Shown: positions 9,525 to 19,196, counted from the stretch's first letter. The stretch: 64,000 nucleotides of DNA from Candidatus Multivoradales bacterium (GCA_965248925.1 CBDFLE010000006.1:4032001-4096000), one strand, 5' to 3'. Notes: a model not told the origin generated them from the sequence alone. Translations and numbers: made by a program.

Positions 9525-12500
9525 ATGCGAGCAATCAGAGTCATGTGGTCGAGGATCGTGGTGGTTTCAGTGCTGGTAGGAACACTCCTAGTGGTGCCGC
9601 GACCTCGCGCGGATACGGCTCCGGTGATCGGTATCCGCACCGTGCAACCCACTTCAGTAGCCTTCACGCACGCCCGGGTCGTAGTGTCGCCGCAGCGTAT
9701 TGTAGACGACGCCACTCTGGTTCTGCGCGATGGCCGAGTGGTAGCGGTGGGTAAGGGGTTGCAGCCACCCGACGAGGCCACTGTGCATGACCTCGAGGGT
9801 AAGACCATCTATCCCGGTTTCGTCGACCCCTACTCGGACTACGGATTGGCCGCGGCGGCTGGTTCCTCGACCGCTGGTGAGTCCGATCGGCCAGGTTCCG
9901 CCGCCCGGCTCGAAGGGAGCCGTTCGGGGCTCGACAGCTGGAACGATGCCATCCACGCCCAGCAACAATGGGTGGACCATTTCCGACCTGATCCCGAAGC
10001 CGCCAAGGCGTTGCTCGAGCGTGGCGTGACGGTGGTGCAGTCGGCTCGGCTTGACGGTATTTTCCGCGGTCGCGGCTTCGTTGCCTCGTTGGCTGATGGT
10101 TTGGCGGGCGAAGTGGTGATCGAGCCCGCTGGGCGGCATTTTGCTGCCTTCGACAAGGGCAGCTCTGGGCAGGCCTATCCGCGGTCGCTAATGGGTTCCA
10201 TGGCGTTGATCCGCCAGACTCTGCTCGATGCCCAGTGGTACGACGGTGAGATGGCGGATCATCAGGCCGATCCGGCCCAGCCGCGGCCAGCCTTGGACCG
10301 TAATTTGGCCGCTCTGGCAGCCAACGACGGGCCGCTGATTTTTGCCAGCGACAACGAGTTGTCGCTGCTCCGTGCCGGCCGGTTGGCTGGCGAACTGGGG
10401 GTCGAGTTGATCCACCTTGGTAGTCAGCGAGAGCACCGGCGGATCGACCAAGTGGCGGCGTTGGGCCAACCGCTGATCTTGCCACTGGTGTTCCCGGCTC
10501 GCCCCGACGAACTCGACCAGCCAGAGGGCGAGCTCGACGTAACCCTGGCCGACCTACGCCATTGGGAGCGAGCACCCTCCACCGCTTCCTGGCTGGCGGC
10601 TGCCGGGGTGCGTTTCGCTTTTACCGGCTACGGTCTGGGTAAGGATGATGATTTTTTTGCCAACCTGCGGCGCACGATAACCCGAGGCTTGGCGCCGGGG
10701 ATCGCTTTGGCCGCACTGACCACGGTGCCGGCCGAACTTGCCGGAGTAGCCGACCGGGTGGGCACTTTGGAAGTCGGCAAGAGAGCCGATCTGATCATCT
10801 CGGATGGCGATCTGCTGCGCCATGGGCAGGCGGAAATCGTCGCCGTTTGGGTCGGCGGCAAGCCAGCGCTGGAACGCCAGCCTCTGGATCTGCCGGACTA
10901 TCGTGGCCACTATCGCCTGAGCCTCGACGGCGAGCGCTTGCGGCTGACCCTCGAGGGCGATTCGGCGGCGCAGCCGAAAGGGCGGATAGGAGTTGCCGAC
11001 GCTGACCAGGTCGACCTCGAAGGGGTTGCTATCAGCGGGCAGGTGCTGCGTTTTCGCGCCGAGATTGACTCTCTCGGCGGGGTGACTCGGTTCCAGCTTG
11101 CCCGCCACGGCGAGCAAGTCACCGGCGAAGTCTTGACCGCCAACGGTCGTCGCCTGCCTTTCCTTCTGCTTGAGACGGAGCCGGTGGCGGAGGCTGAGAG
11201 CGCGGCAGATGAGGTCGACCAAAGGGCTCAGGCGACCAGCAGCGACGATGAAGGCGAGTTGATCTCGCGCCGCACGTACCCCGACCTGGCCTTTGGCCAC
11301 TCCGAGCCGCTGGTGCAGCAGGATGTGCTGGTGCGTGGGGCGACGATCTGGACGGCGGCTGACGGGCGGGTCGTCGAGGGTGGCGATCTGTTGATTCGCG
11401 GTGGGAAAGTGGTGGCGGTTGGCCGCGACTTGAAAGTGCCCCGTGGGGTGCGGGTGATCGACGCCTCCGGCAAGCACATCACCCCTGGTTTGATCGATGA
11501 GCACTCTCATCTGGCGATCTCTGGCGGGGTCAACGAGAGCAGCTTTTCGGTGTCCTCAGAGGTGCGCATCGGCGATGTGGTCAATCCCGACGATGTTGGT
11601 ATCTACCGCGCTCTGGCCGGTGGTGTCACCTCCGCCCAGCTGCTGCACGGCTCTTCGAATGCCATCGGTGGTCAATCGCAGGCTATCAAGCTGCGTTGGG
11701 GACAAGATGCCGCGGGGTTGAAACTCAGGGACGCGCCGCCAGCGATCAAATTCGCTTTGGGAGAGAACGTCAAGCGTTCCAATAGCGATAATCGAAGCCG
11801 CTATCCGCAGAGTCGCATGGGGGTTGAGAGCCTGATGCGTGACGCCTTTCTGGCGGCTCGCCGCTACGCTGAAGAGCGCGCCAACGGCGACGGCGGCCGA
11901 CGCGACCTGCAGCTCGAAGCGTTGGCCGAGATCCTCGCCGGCGAGCGCACGATCCACTGCCATTCCTACGTCCAGTCAGAAATCTTGATGCTGCTGCGGC
12001 TGGCTGAGGAACTCGGTTTTCGGGTGGGTACCTTCACCCACATTCTGGAGGGCTACAAAGTAGCTCCCGAGCTGGCTGCCCACGGCGCCATGGCTTCGAC
12101 CTTCTCCGATTGGTGGGCCTACAAGTTCGAGGTCTACGACGCCATCCCTTACAACACTTGCCTGCTGACCAAGCATGGTGTGGTGACCTCGGTGAATAGC
12201 GACTCGTCGGACCTCATCCGGCGCCTCAACCAAGAAGCCGCCAAGTCGGTGATGTACTGCGGCATGGACCCCGCCAAGGCTCTGGAGCTGGTTACCCTCG
12301 GCCCGGCCCGGCAGTTGGGCATCGCTCACCGGGTCGGCAGCCTGGCGGTCGGCAAGGATGGGGACTTCGTAGTTTGGAATGGCCACCCCCTGTCGATTTA
12401 CTCACGGGTCGAGCAGACGTGGATCGAGGGCACCCGCTATTTCGATCTCGCCGAGGATGTTCGCCGTCGGTCGGCCGACGCCAGCGAGAAGCAAGCCCTA

Positions 12501-12692
12501 GTGCAGAAGGCGCTGCGCGCGGCGAAGCCTGCTCGGCCGCATAAGGGCGGCAAGGGTCGGTCTCGGGACTGGCACGATCGAGACTGGCACGATCGAGACT
12601 GGCGCGATCGAGACTGGCGCTGCGACGACACTGACGATGTTTGGCAACAGCGCCACTTCAACGGCGTCAAGGAGGTGGATGATGCGCGCTGA
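9525..12692 (+). CDS. Secreted two-domain amidohydrolase-family protein
   Basis: Signal peptide; two HutI-like domains (GKTIYPGFVD...GTLEVGKRADLII and GKHITPGLIDEHSH...HCHSY...FTHILEG...NSD...GSLAVGKDGD). ATG 9525 lies 6 nt after TATGAT. Confidence 0.88.
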   Translation: MRAIRVMWSRIVVVSVLVGTLLVVPRPRADTAPVIGIRTVQPTSVAFTHARVVVSPQRIVDDATLVLRDGRVVAVGKGLQPPDEATVHDLEGKTIYPGFVDPYSDYGLAAAAGSSTAGESDRPGSAARLEGSRSGLDSWNDAIHAQQQWVDHFRPDPEAAKALLERGVTVVQSARLDGIFRGRGFVASLADGLAGEVVIEPAGRHFAAFDKGSSGQAYPRSLMGSMALIRQTLLDAQWYDGEMADHQADPAQPRPALDRNLAALAANDGPLIFASDNELSLLRAGRLAGELGVELIHLGSQREHRRIDQVAALGQPLILPLVFPARPDELDQPEGELDVTLADLRHWERAPSTASWLAAAGVRFAFTGYGLGKDDDFFANLRRTITRGLAPGIALAALTTVPAELAGVADRVGTLEVGKRADLIISDGDLLRHGQAEIVAVWVGGKPALERQPLDLPDYRGHYRLSLDGERLRLTLEGDSAAQPKGRIGVADADQVDLEGVAISGQVLRFRAEIDSLGGVTRFQLARHGEQVTGEVLTANGRRLPFLLLETEPVAEAESAADEVDQRAQATSSDDEGELISRRTYPDLAFGHSEPLVQQDVLVRGATIWTAADGRVVEGGDLLIRGGKVVAVGRDLKVPRGVRVIDASGKHITPGLIDEHSHLAISGGVNESSFSVSSEVRIGDVVNPDDVGIYRALAGGVTSAQLLHGSSNAIGGQSQAIKLRWGQDAAGLKLRDAPPAIKFALGENVKRSNSDNRSRYPQSRMGVESLMRDAFLAARRYAEERANGDGGRRDLQLEALAEILAGERTIHCHSYVQSEILMLLRLAEELGFRVGTFTHILEGYKVAPELAAHGAMASTFSDWWAYKFEVYDAIPYNTCLLTKHGVVTSVNSDSSDLIRRLNQEAAKSVMYCGMDPAKALELVTLGPARQLGIAHRVGSLAVGKDGDFVVWNGHPLSIYSRVEQTWIEGTRYFDLAEDVRRRSADASEKQALVQKALRAAKPARPHKGGKGRSRDWHDRDWHDRDWRDRDWRCDDTDDVWQQRHFNGVKEVDDAR
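12567..12620 (+). repeat. 15-bp in-frame tandem repeat GACTGGC(A/G)CGATCGA x3.6 encoding (R)DWHD/(R)DWRD
   Basis: Units at 12567, 12582, 12597 and a partial unit at 12612. Confidence 0.9.
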
Positions 12693-14031
12693 GCGACGAT
12701 TCTTGGCTTACCTTCGGTTGCTCACCCTGCTGCTGAGCACCGTCGCGACCGGGTTAGCGGTGGCTTCAGATCAAGTGCCGGCGCCTCCCCAAGGTCAGCC
12801 AGTGCTGCTGCGGGGTGGCGACCTCTACACCGTGGCCAACGGGGTCAAAGAGAAGACCGACCTGCTATTTGATCAGGGGCGGATAGTCGCTATTGGCCGA
12901 GACCTCACGCCGCCGCCGTCGGCAGTCGTGATCGAGCTGCGGGGAGAGCGGGTCTATCCGGGTCTGATCGCTCCGCAGACCCCTATCGGCTTGGTCGAAG
13001 TCGGTGCGGTGCGGGCTTCGGTCGACCGTTCTGAGGTCGGCGAAATAACCCCGGAGGTAACCGCCCACAGTGCCTGGAATCCAGATTCTGAGATCTTGCC
13101 GACGGTGCGAGCGCACGGCATTACCACCGTACAAGTGGTGCCCAGCGGCTCGTTGGTCGCGGGTCGTACTTCGATTGTGGCGCTCGATGGTTGGACCAAG
13201 GAAGACGCCGCGGTGCGTTTGCTCGATGGTTTGCAAGTAGTGTGGCCTTCCCTCCGCCGCCGCGGCCGTTTCGGAGCTCGACCGGACGGCTCAGAAAATA
13301 GGCAACGGCAGCTCGCCGAGCTGCGCGCGGCGTTTGCTTCGGCGGCCGCCTATGGGCGGGCTCGGGAGGTGGGAGCGGAGGTTGCTTTCGATCTGCGTTG
13401 GCAGGCGATGGCACCGGCGTTAGCCGGCGAACAAACGGTCTACGTGGTCGCCAACGACCGCCGGGAGATCGCCGAAGTACTCGAATTCGCAGCTGAGTTT
13501 GACCTCAGATGGGTGCTGGTCGGGGGCCAGGAAGCCGACCAGTTAGCGTCGCGCTTGCACGCGGCTGGGGTGCCTGTGTTGCTCACCCAGCCGACCAGCA
13601 GGCTGCTGCGTGAAGACGATCCGTTCGACGCGGTCTTCTCGCTGCCGGCCAAGCTGGCCGCCGCCGAAGTCCCCTTCGCCATTGCCCAGCTTTCCCGCGG
13701 CGGTACCGATGTGCGCAATTTGCCGCTACAAGCCGGGCGCGCGGTGGGCTTTGGTCTGGGGCCGGAGGCCGCCCTGCGGGCGATTACCTTGAGCACCGCC
13801 GAGATTCTCGGTATCAGCGACCGTCAAGGCTCCCTCGAAGTCGGCAAGCAGGCGACTCTCTTTGTCTCTCAGGGCGATGTGATGGATCCCTTAACCCAGC
13901 GGGTGACCAGAGTGTGGATAAATGGCCGCGAAATTGACCTTGGCAACCGCCATAAGACCTTGTTCCGCAAGTACGATCAGCGGCCCCATGCGGGCAAGGT
14001 GCAAGAGGGTTTCAGCGAGAGAATAAACTAG
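12679..14031 (+). CDS. Secreted amidohydrolase-family protein (partner subunit, metal ligands degenerate)
   Basis: GGAGG RBS; overlaps upstream gene; GERVYPGLIAPQT where HxH is expected; RNLPLQAGRAVGFGL, GSLEVGKQATLFVS. Confidence 0.85.
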   Translation: MMRAERRFLAYLRLLTLLLSTVATGLAVASDQVPAPPQGQPVLLRGGDLYTVANGVKEKTDLLFDQGRIVAIGRDLTPPPSAVVIELRGERVYPGLIAPQTPIGLVEVGAVRASVDRSEVGEITPEVTAHSAWNPDSEILPTVRAHGITTVQVVPSGSLVAGRTSIVALDGWTKEDAAVRLLDGLQVVWPSLRRRGRFGARPDGSENRQRQLAELRAAFASAAAYGRAREVGAEVAFDLRWQAMAPALAGEQTVYVVANDRREIAEVLEFAAEFDLRWVLVGGQEADQLASRLHAAGVPVLLTQPTSRLLREDDPFDAVFSLPAKLAAAEVPFAIAQLSRGGTDVRNLPLQAGRAVGFGLGPEAALRAITLSTAEILGISDRQGSLEVGKQATLFVSQGDVMDPLTQRVTRVWINGREIDLGNRHKTLFRKYDQRPHAGKVQEGFSERIN

Positions 14032-14140
14032 CGAGATTGCTCAATTACTCTTTTTGGCTTTCCGGATAGGTTGTTTGCAGCATCAGGCGGTCTAGAACAT
14101 CGCTGCTGAAAAGGTGCTCGAAACCAATGCCGGAGGGGCC
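14016..14140 (+). repeat. Upstream element duplicated in front of both AraC-TPR genes (copy 2 at 15235-15362)
   Basis: GCGAGAGAATAAACTAGCGAGATTGCTCAATT...TTCCGGATA...AGGCGGTCT...AAACCAATGC vs GCGAGAGAATTGACTAGTGAGATTGCCCATTT...TTCCGGATA...AGGCGGTCT...AAACCAATGC. Confidence 0.85.
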
Positions 14141-15205
14141 ATGACACACCTCGATAGGGCGCAAGCTCTACTATCCAATGCCGCGCAGCCGGCGCTGGCA
14201 CGAATCAACCAGGATCGCAGTACTGCGCCGGCTAAGCTACGGTTGTTGCTGGACTATCTCGAAGAGAACCTCTTCGATCCGGCGCTCAACGTGGCTCAGC
14301 TGATGCTGATCTGCAAGGTTCGCGATCATTCGTTGTCGCTCGCCTTCTGCGCAGCTCTGGGCCAGGGGCCGAGGGCCTATATCGAAGAGCACCGCTTGCA
14401 GACCGCCGTCCGTCTGCTCACCAAGACCGATCTCAAGATCTGGCAGGTGGCTGAGTTGTTGGGCTATTCCTCGCTGTCGACCTTCAGCCGCGCCTTCAGC
14501 CGTTGGGCCGGCTCCCGGCCGGGAGCTTTTCGCCACCGCCAACGTCAAGCAGTGGTCACCGTCAGTACCCGGCAAGACGCACTGCACAGCACCCAGCTAT
14601 GGCGTCAGGCAATGTCTGGTGGTCTTGAGCGAGAACAAGCCGGGCGACTGATCGAGCGCCTAAAGACCCTGTATCCCCATCAAGGCGGAGCGACTGAGGA
14701 AAAGACGCTGGCCGAACGGGTCTGGAGTTCCCTCGATGGCCGAGGGTTCGATGAACAGCTGCTGATCGTCAGCCGGCAAGTGGTGTTCAACTCACCCGCG
14801 TTGTTCGAATTCTTGCTGGAGAAGAGTCGCACCGAGGGATGCCAAGACCGAGAACGCGGCGTCGAGATCGCGGAGTTGGCGTTGGCTAGTGTTTCCGGTT
14901 GTGGTCGGCAGAGTGGGCGCTCCGACCTGGTAGCCCGCGCTTGGACCTGGATCGCCAATACCCGCCGTTTGGCCTTGGATTTCAGCGGTGCTGAGCAGGC
15001 TTTTGCTCAAGCCAAGCAAGCTCTGGCAAAGCCGCAGTTGAGAACCGATTGTCGCATCGAGGCCGAGATTCTGGTGTACGAGGCAGCGCTGATGGCCTGG
15101 CGGCAGCGCCACAGTGAGGCTCTGGCGAGCAGCGGCCGAGAGGTTGACCTCGACAACCCCAGTGGTCCCGCAGTTTCAGCGACGATTGGTGACCCAGGAC
15201 GATGA
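14141..15205 (+). pseudogene. AraC-family HTH / TPR-like regulator, C-terminally truncated paralogue
   Basis: Highly similar to 15363-16988 up to about EALASSGR (~15140), then unrelated sequence and early stop; lacks the C-terminal ~200 aa of the paralogue. Confidence 0.7.
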
Positions 15206-15362
15206 AAGAGCGATGAAAGAATTAGTGAATTTAGGCGAGAGAATTGACTAGTGAGATTGCCCATTTGCCCTCTCTGCCATTCCGGATAAATTGCTTGGCA
15301 GCGTAAGGCGGTCTGTAACAGGGCTTCTGGTAAGGTACTTTAAACCAATGCTGGGGGGAGCC

Positions 15363-16988
15363 ATGACACACCTCGATAGAGCACAAAATCTTCTCACCGA
15401 TGCCGCAGAGGCGGCATTGGCACAAATCAACCAAGATCGCGGCACCGCGCCGCCCAAATTGCGGCCGTTGCTGGCCTACCTCGGAGAGAACCTCTTCGAT
15501 CCGGGTCTCAACGTTGCCCAGTTGATGCGGGCCTGCAATGTTCGCGACAACTCGCTGTCGATCGAATTTGGCGCTGCTCTAGGCCAGGGTCCACGGGCTT
15601 ACATCGAAGAACACCGCCTGCAGACCGCCGTTCGCCTGCTCACCAAGACCGACCTCAAGATCTGGCAGGTGGGTGAGCTGTTGGGCTATTCCTCGCTGTC
15701 GATCTTCAGCCGCGCCTTCGACCGCTGGGCCGGTTCGCGGCCGGGGGTCTTCCGCCGTAGCCAACGCCAAGCAGCGATCACCGTCAGCACTCGGCAGGAT
15801 GCGCTGCACAGCACCCAGTTGTGGCGGCAGGCGATGTCCGGTGGACTGGAGCAAGAGCAAGCCGGGCAGCTGATCGAGCGCCTCCAAGCTCTGTATCCGT
15901 ATCAGAACGGAGCGACTGACGAGAAGACTCTAGCCGCGCGCGTCTGGCGTTCCCTCGATGGCCGCGGGTTCGATGATCAGCAATTGATTGTCAGTCGGCA
16001 GGTGGTTTTCAACTCGCCTGCGTTGTTCGAGCTTTTGCTGGAGAAAAGTCGCACCGAAGGGCGCAAAGAGCGTGAACGTGGAGTCGAGGTCGCTGAGCTG
16101 GCGCTGGCCAGCGTCACCGGCTGTGGCCGGCAGAGTGCGCAAACCGACCTGGTAGCCAGGGCCTGGACTTGGATCGCCAACGCCCGCCGCATAGCCTTGG
16201 ACTTCAGCGGTGCTGAGCAAGCTTTCGTGCAAGCTAAGAAGGCTCTGGCCATGCCTCGGGAGTGGCCCAATCACTTGGCCCAAGCTGAACTTCCAACCTA
16301 CGAGGCTGCCTTATTTGTCTGGCAGCGGCGCTGTGACGAAGCCTTGGAGAGCAGTAGCAGAGCCATCGAACTTTGTCGGGAACATGGACTCGAAGAGCTA
16401 CAGATTCAAGCTCTGCTAGTCCGTGGGATGGCGTTCGACGTCGCCGGCCAACTCAAGGGCGTGCTGCAAGATACGTTGGCAGCGACCCGCCTGATCGATG
16501 CCAAGGTATCTCCCTACTTGGCGGTGTCGGCCCGTTCTGGCTTGATCTTCCACCTGATCGAAGATGGCCAGCTGCAGGAGGCTGAGGACAATTTGCGACA
16601 GGCCTACCAACTGGCCGCCGGCTTGGGCAGTGACCGCATCTCGTTCCACCTCGACTGGCTGCATGCTCTCCTGCTGCTGTCCCGAGGTGCCTTGTCGAAA
16701 GCAGAAGATCTCCTGCTCGCTGCTCGCGCAGGATTGCGACGAGAAGGCGAGATCTATGGCGCTACGATGGTCGGTCTCGACCTGGCACTGCTCTACGCAG
16801 ACCAAGGCAACTCGCGCCAAGTGATTCGGCTGGCCGCCGAAACTCTGCCGGTGCTCAAGGCACTGCGGGTATTCCGCGACTCGCTGGCTGCTTTTCACAT
16901 GTTGCAAAGCGCAGTGGAGAAGGAGCGTGTTGACGCTACCCTTCTCCACCAGGTTCGCACCGCGCTGCAGCGGTCGCCGGGTCTCTAA
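15363..16988 (+). CDS. AraC-family HTH regulator fused to TPR-like helical domain
   Basis: AraC signature PRAYIEEHRLQTAVRLLTKTDLKIWQVGELLGYSSLSIFSRAFDRWAGSRPGVFR; C-terminal helical repeats (DLVARAWTWIANARR, LDLALLYADQG). Confidence 0.85.
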   Translation: MTHLDRAQNLLTDAAEAALAQINQDRGTAPPKLRPLLAYLGENLFDPGLNVAQLMRACNVRDNSLSIEFGAALGQGPRAYIEEHRLQTAVRLLTKTDLKIWQVGELLGYSSLSIFSRAFDRWAGSRPGVFRRSQRQAAITVSTRQDALHSTQLWRQAMSGGLEQEQAGQLIERLQALYPYQNGATDEKTLAARVWRSLDGRGFDDQQLIVSRQVVFNSPALFELLLEKSRTEGRKERERGVEVAELALASVTGCGRQSAQTDLVARAWTWIANARRIALDFSGAEQAFVQAKKALAMPREWPNHLAQAELPTYEAALFVWQRRCDEALESSSRAIELCREHGLEELQIQALLVRGMAFDVAGQLKGVLQDTLAATRLIDAKVSPYLAVSARSGLIFHLIEDGQLQEAEDNLRQAYQLAAGLGSDRISFHLDWLHALLLLSRGALSKAEDLLLAARAGLRREGEIYGATMVGLDLALLYADQGNSRQVIRLAAETLPVLKALRVFRDSLAAFHMLQSAVEKERVDATLLHQVRTALQRSPGL

Positions 16989-17006
16989 GGCGTTCCGAGT
17001 GCCGGT

Positions 17007-17108
17007 CTAGCCCACCGGGTCGACGAGATGGCAATATCCTGATTCGGTCGCACCGGTGAAAGAGATTCCTTGAGTCTTTTCGCCGTAGTAGCAGTAGTAA
17101 TAGTTCAT
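17007..17108 (-). CDS. Putative 33-aa Tyr-rich peptide MNYYYCYYGEKTQGISFTGATESGYCHLVDPVG
   Basis: Manual translation; AAGGAG SD upstream of ATG 17108; alternative in-frame ATG 17138 with GGAGG SD (43 aa). Below the ORF-track cutoff. Confidence 0.4.
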   Translation of the reverse strand: MNYYYCYYGEKTQGISFTGATESGYCHLVDPVG

Positions 17109-17179
17109 CACGCTCGCTCCTTGCGAGCGCGTCGTCATCCCCCCTCCCCGGAGGGAGCGCGCGCTCGATGAGCCTCAGA

Positions 17180-17302
17180 TTAGCTGGGAGAAGGGCGTTC
17201 GCCCAGTAAATCTGCCCAAATCGCATTAGTGGCGGGTCGGTTCGAAGCTGCAGCTGAATAATTTAAGCGTGGCTTGACTTCTCTGGTTCGGGAACCAGAC
17301 AT
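17180..17302 (-). CDS. Putative 40-aa peptide MSGSRTREVKPRLNYSAAASNRPATNAIWADLLGERPSPS
   Basis: Purine-rich GAGGAAAAAGAGAA upstream of ATG 17302, downstream of an AT-rich stretch; no recognisable family. Confidence 0.25.
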   Translation of the reverse strand: MSGSRTREVKPRLNYSAAASNRPATNAIWADLLGERPSPS

Positions 17303-17376
17303 TTCTCTTTTTCCTCGAGATTTTAAATATTTGATATTTTCTTGAACTGACAGAGTTTTAGCGCCAGGATCGCATT

Positions 17377-18516
17377 TTATGCAGGTGCTTGATATAGCCG
17401 GCACCCAGCTGCCTTGACGATGACGAACACAGCTTTGCCGGGCATCAAGTCCAATTCCTCGACCGTACTCGGGGTCACCTCGACCGCCAACGGCGGTGCG
17501 CTACCCCTGAGTTTGACGGTGATCAAGCGCAAATCTCCCACCGCCTGGCGCTCCAAGACAGTGGCGGGCAACACGTTGCGAGCGGAAATATTCCGCGGCC
17601 GTTCGGTGGCCAAGATGACATCGCGCGCCGCGATTCCCACCCAAAGTGAATCGCCGGGTCTGCCTCGGGCACAGGTCGTCCAGAGCACCGGTCCGTCGGG
17701 CCCGTCGCCGAGCTGTAGCCGAGCCTGGCCAGCGTTAGATTCCACCAGCGTCGCCGGCAAGACATTCTCGAATCCCTGATCACGAGCCAAGGGAAAGACT
17801 CGGGGGTCGGTGAGCACCTGCCGGGTCGGGCCGCTGGCCAAGACTCGCCCTCGGTGCAAGGCGATGACCTCGTCGCACAGCGCCTGCACCTCCACCGGAT
17901 CGTGCGACACCAGCAGTATGGGTAAGCGTAGCTGATCGCGGATTCGGCCGAGCAGCGGCAGCACTCGCCGGCGCAGCTGGAGGTCGAGGGCCGCCAGAGG
18001 TTCATCGAGTAGCAGCAGCAGCGGCCCCGAGCAGATCGCTCTACCGAGAGCGACCCGTTGCCGTTCACCGCCTGAGAGAGTGTCGACGCGGCAGCGCAAC
18101 AGGTCGTTTAACTCAAGTAGATCGCAAACCTGGTCAAAGGTCGCCGCGGGCTGGCTCAGGTTGCGTCGCGCCCGTCTCGCCCCGGCCAACAGATTGGCGC
18201 GGACGTCGCGATGAGGAAAGAGCAAACCGTCCTGCGGCACGTAGCCAATATTGCGCTGCTCCGGCAGCAGGTAGATGCCCCGGTTGGTGTCGAGCCAGAT
18301 GTCGGCGCCGACTTGAATTCGCCCGCGCGCCCGCCGATCGAGGCCGGCAATGGCTTGCAAGAGAGTCGATTTGCCGGCACCGCTGGGACCGAAGATGGCG
18401 GTGCTGCGGGCCCCGAAGTCGAGATCCACGGTCAACTCGAAGGGGTCGAGCGGCACCGAGATGCTGACCTTGAGGGTGGGTGGCCCGCTACCGGTGCCTG
18501 CCGCTCGCAACGACAT
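17377..18516 (-). CDS. modC: Molybdate ABC transporter ATP-binding subunit
   Basis: GPSGAGKS Walker A, LSGGERQRVALGRA, LLLDEPL, C-terminal TOBE (ISARNVL). Confidence 0.95.
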   Translation of the reverse strand: MSLRAAGTGSGPPTLKVSISVPLDPFELTVDLDFGARSTAIFGPSGAGKSTLLQAIAGLDRRARGRIQVGADIWLDTNRGIYLLPEQRNIGYVPQDGLLFPHRDVRANLLAGARRARRNLSQPAATFDQVCDLLELNDLLRCRVDTLSGGERQRVALGRAICSGPLLLLLDEPLAALDLQLRRRVLPLLGRIRDQLRLPILLVSHDPVEVQALCDEVIALHRGRVLASGPTRQVLTDPRVFPLARDQGFENVLPATLVESNAGQARLQLGDGPDGPVLWTTCARGRPGDSLWVGIAARDVILATERPRNISARNVLPATVLERQAVGDLRLITVKLRGSAPPLAVEVTPSTVEELDLMPGKAVFVIVKAAGCRLYQAPA

Positions 18517-19196
18517 CAGTGCCCTTGTCGAGGGTGCTGTGGCTGTCGGGAAAGACGTTCGGAGGCCGAGATGGCAACGACTCCCACCAAGAGAGCAAGG
18601 CCCAGCAGCAGATAGGCGGTGCGCTCATCACCCACTTGCTGGGCGGAAAAGATAGCCGACGCCAGGGTTTGGGTGCGGCCGGGAATGTTGCCGGCCAGGA
18701 TGACCGTGGCGCCGAACTCACCCACCGCCCGGGTGAAGCCGAGGATAGCGGCTGCTAACAGCCCTCTACGAGCCAACGGCAAGGTGGTGTTGAAGAAGGT
18801 CCGACTCCGGCTGTGGCCGAGGGTTCGGGCCATCATCTCGAGCCTTGGATCGATGCCTTCGAAAGCCACTCGAGCGGTTCGCACCACCAGTGGCGTGGCC
18901 ATGATCGCCGCGGCTAGCACGGCTGCCTTCCAGGTCAGCAGAATACCGAAGTCAAAGCCCAGCCGTTCACTGCCCAGCAGCCCGTCGCGGGCTAGCAGTT
19001 GCAGCATCAAGAAACCGATGGCGGTGGGTGGCAAGACCAGAGGCAGGCCGACCAGGACCGAGATCGCGCCATGACCCGGAAAGCGAAATCGCGCTAGCAG
19101 GTAGGCCAGCAGCGTTGCCGGGGGTAGCACCAGCAAGGTGGCGACGGTGGCCACCTGCAGGGTCAGGGCGACGGCGGTTCCGGCGGCCTCACTCAT
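18516..19196 (-). CDS. modB: Molybdate ABC transporter permease
   Basis: [33 protein letters not shown]; coupled to modA and modC. Confidence 0.95.
   Translation of the reverse strand: MSEAAGTAVALTLQVATVATLLVLPPATLLAYLLARFRFPGHGAISVLVGLPLVLPPTAIGFLMLQLLARDGLLGSERLGFDFGILLTWKAAVLAAAIMATPLVVRTARVAFEGIDPRLEMMARTLGHSRSRTFFNTTLPLARRGLLAAAILGFTRAVGEFGATVILAGNIPGRTQTLASAIFSAQQVGDERTAYLLLGLALLVGVVAISASERLSRQPQHPRQGH

Noticed and set aside
12567-12620. CRISPR-like repeat
   Set aside because: Contiguous 15-bp units without spacers, inside a CDS.
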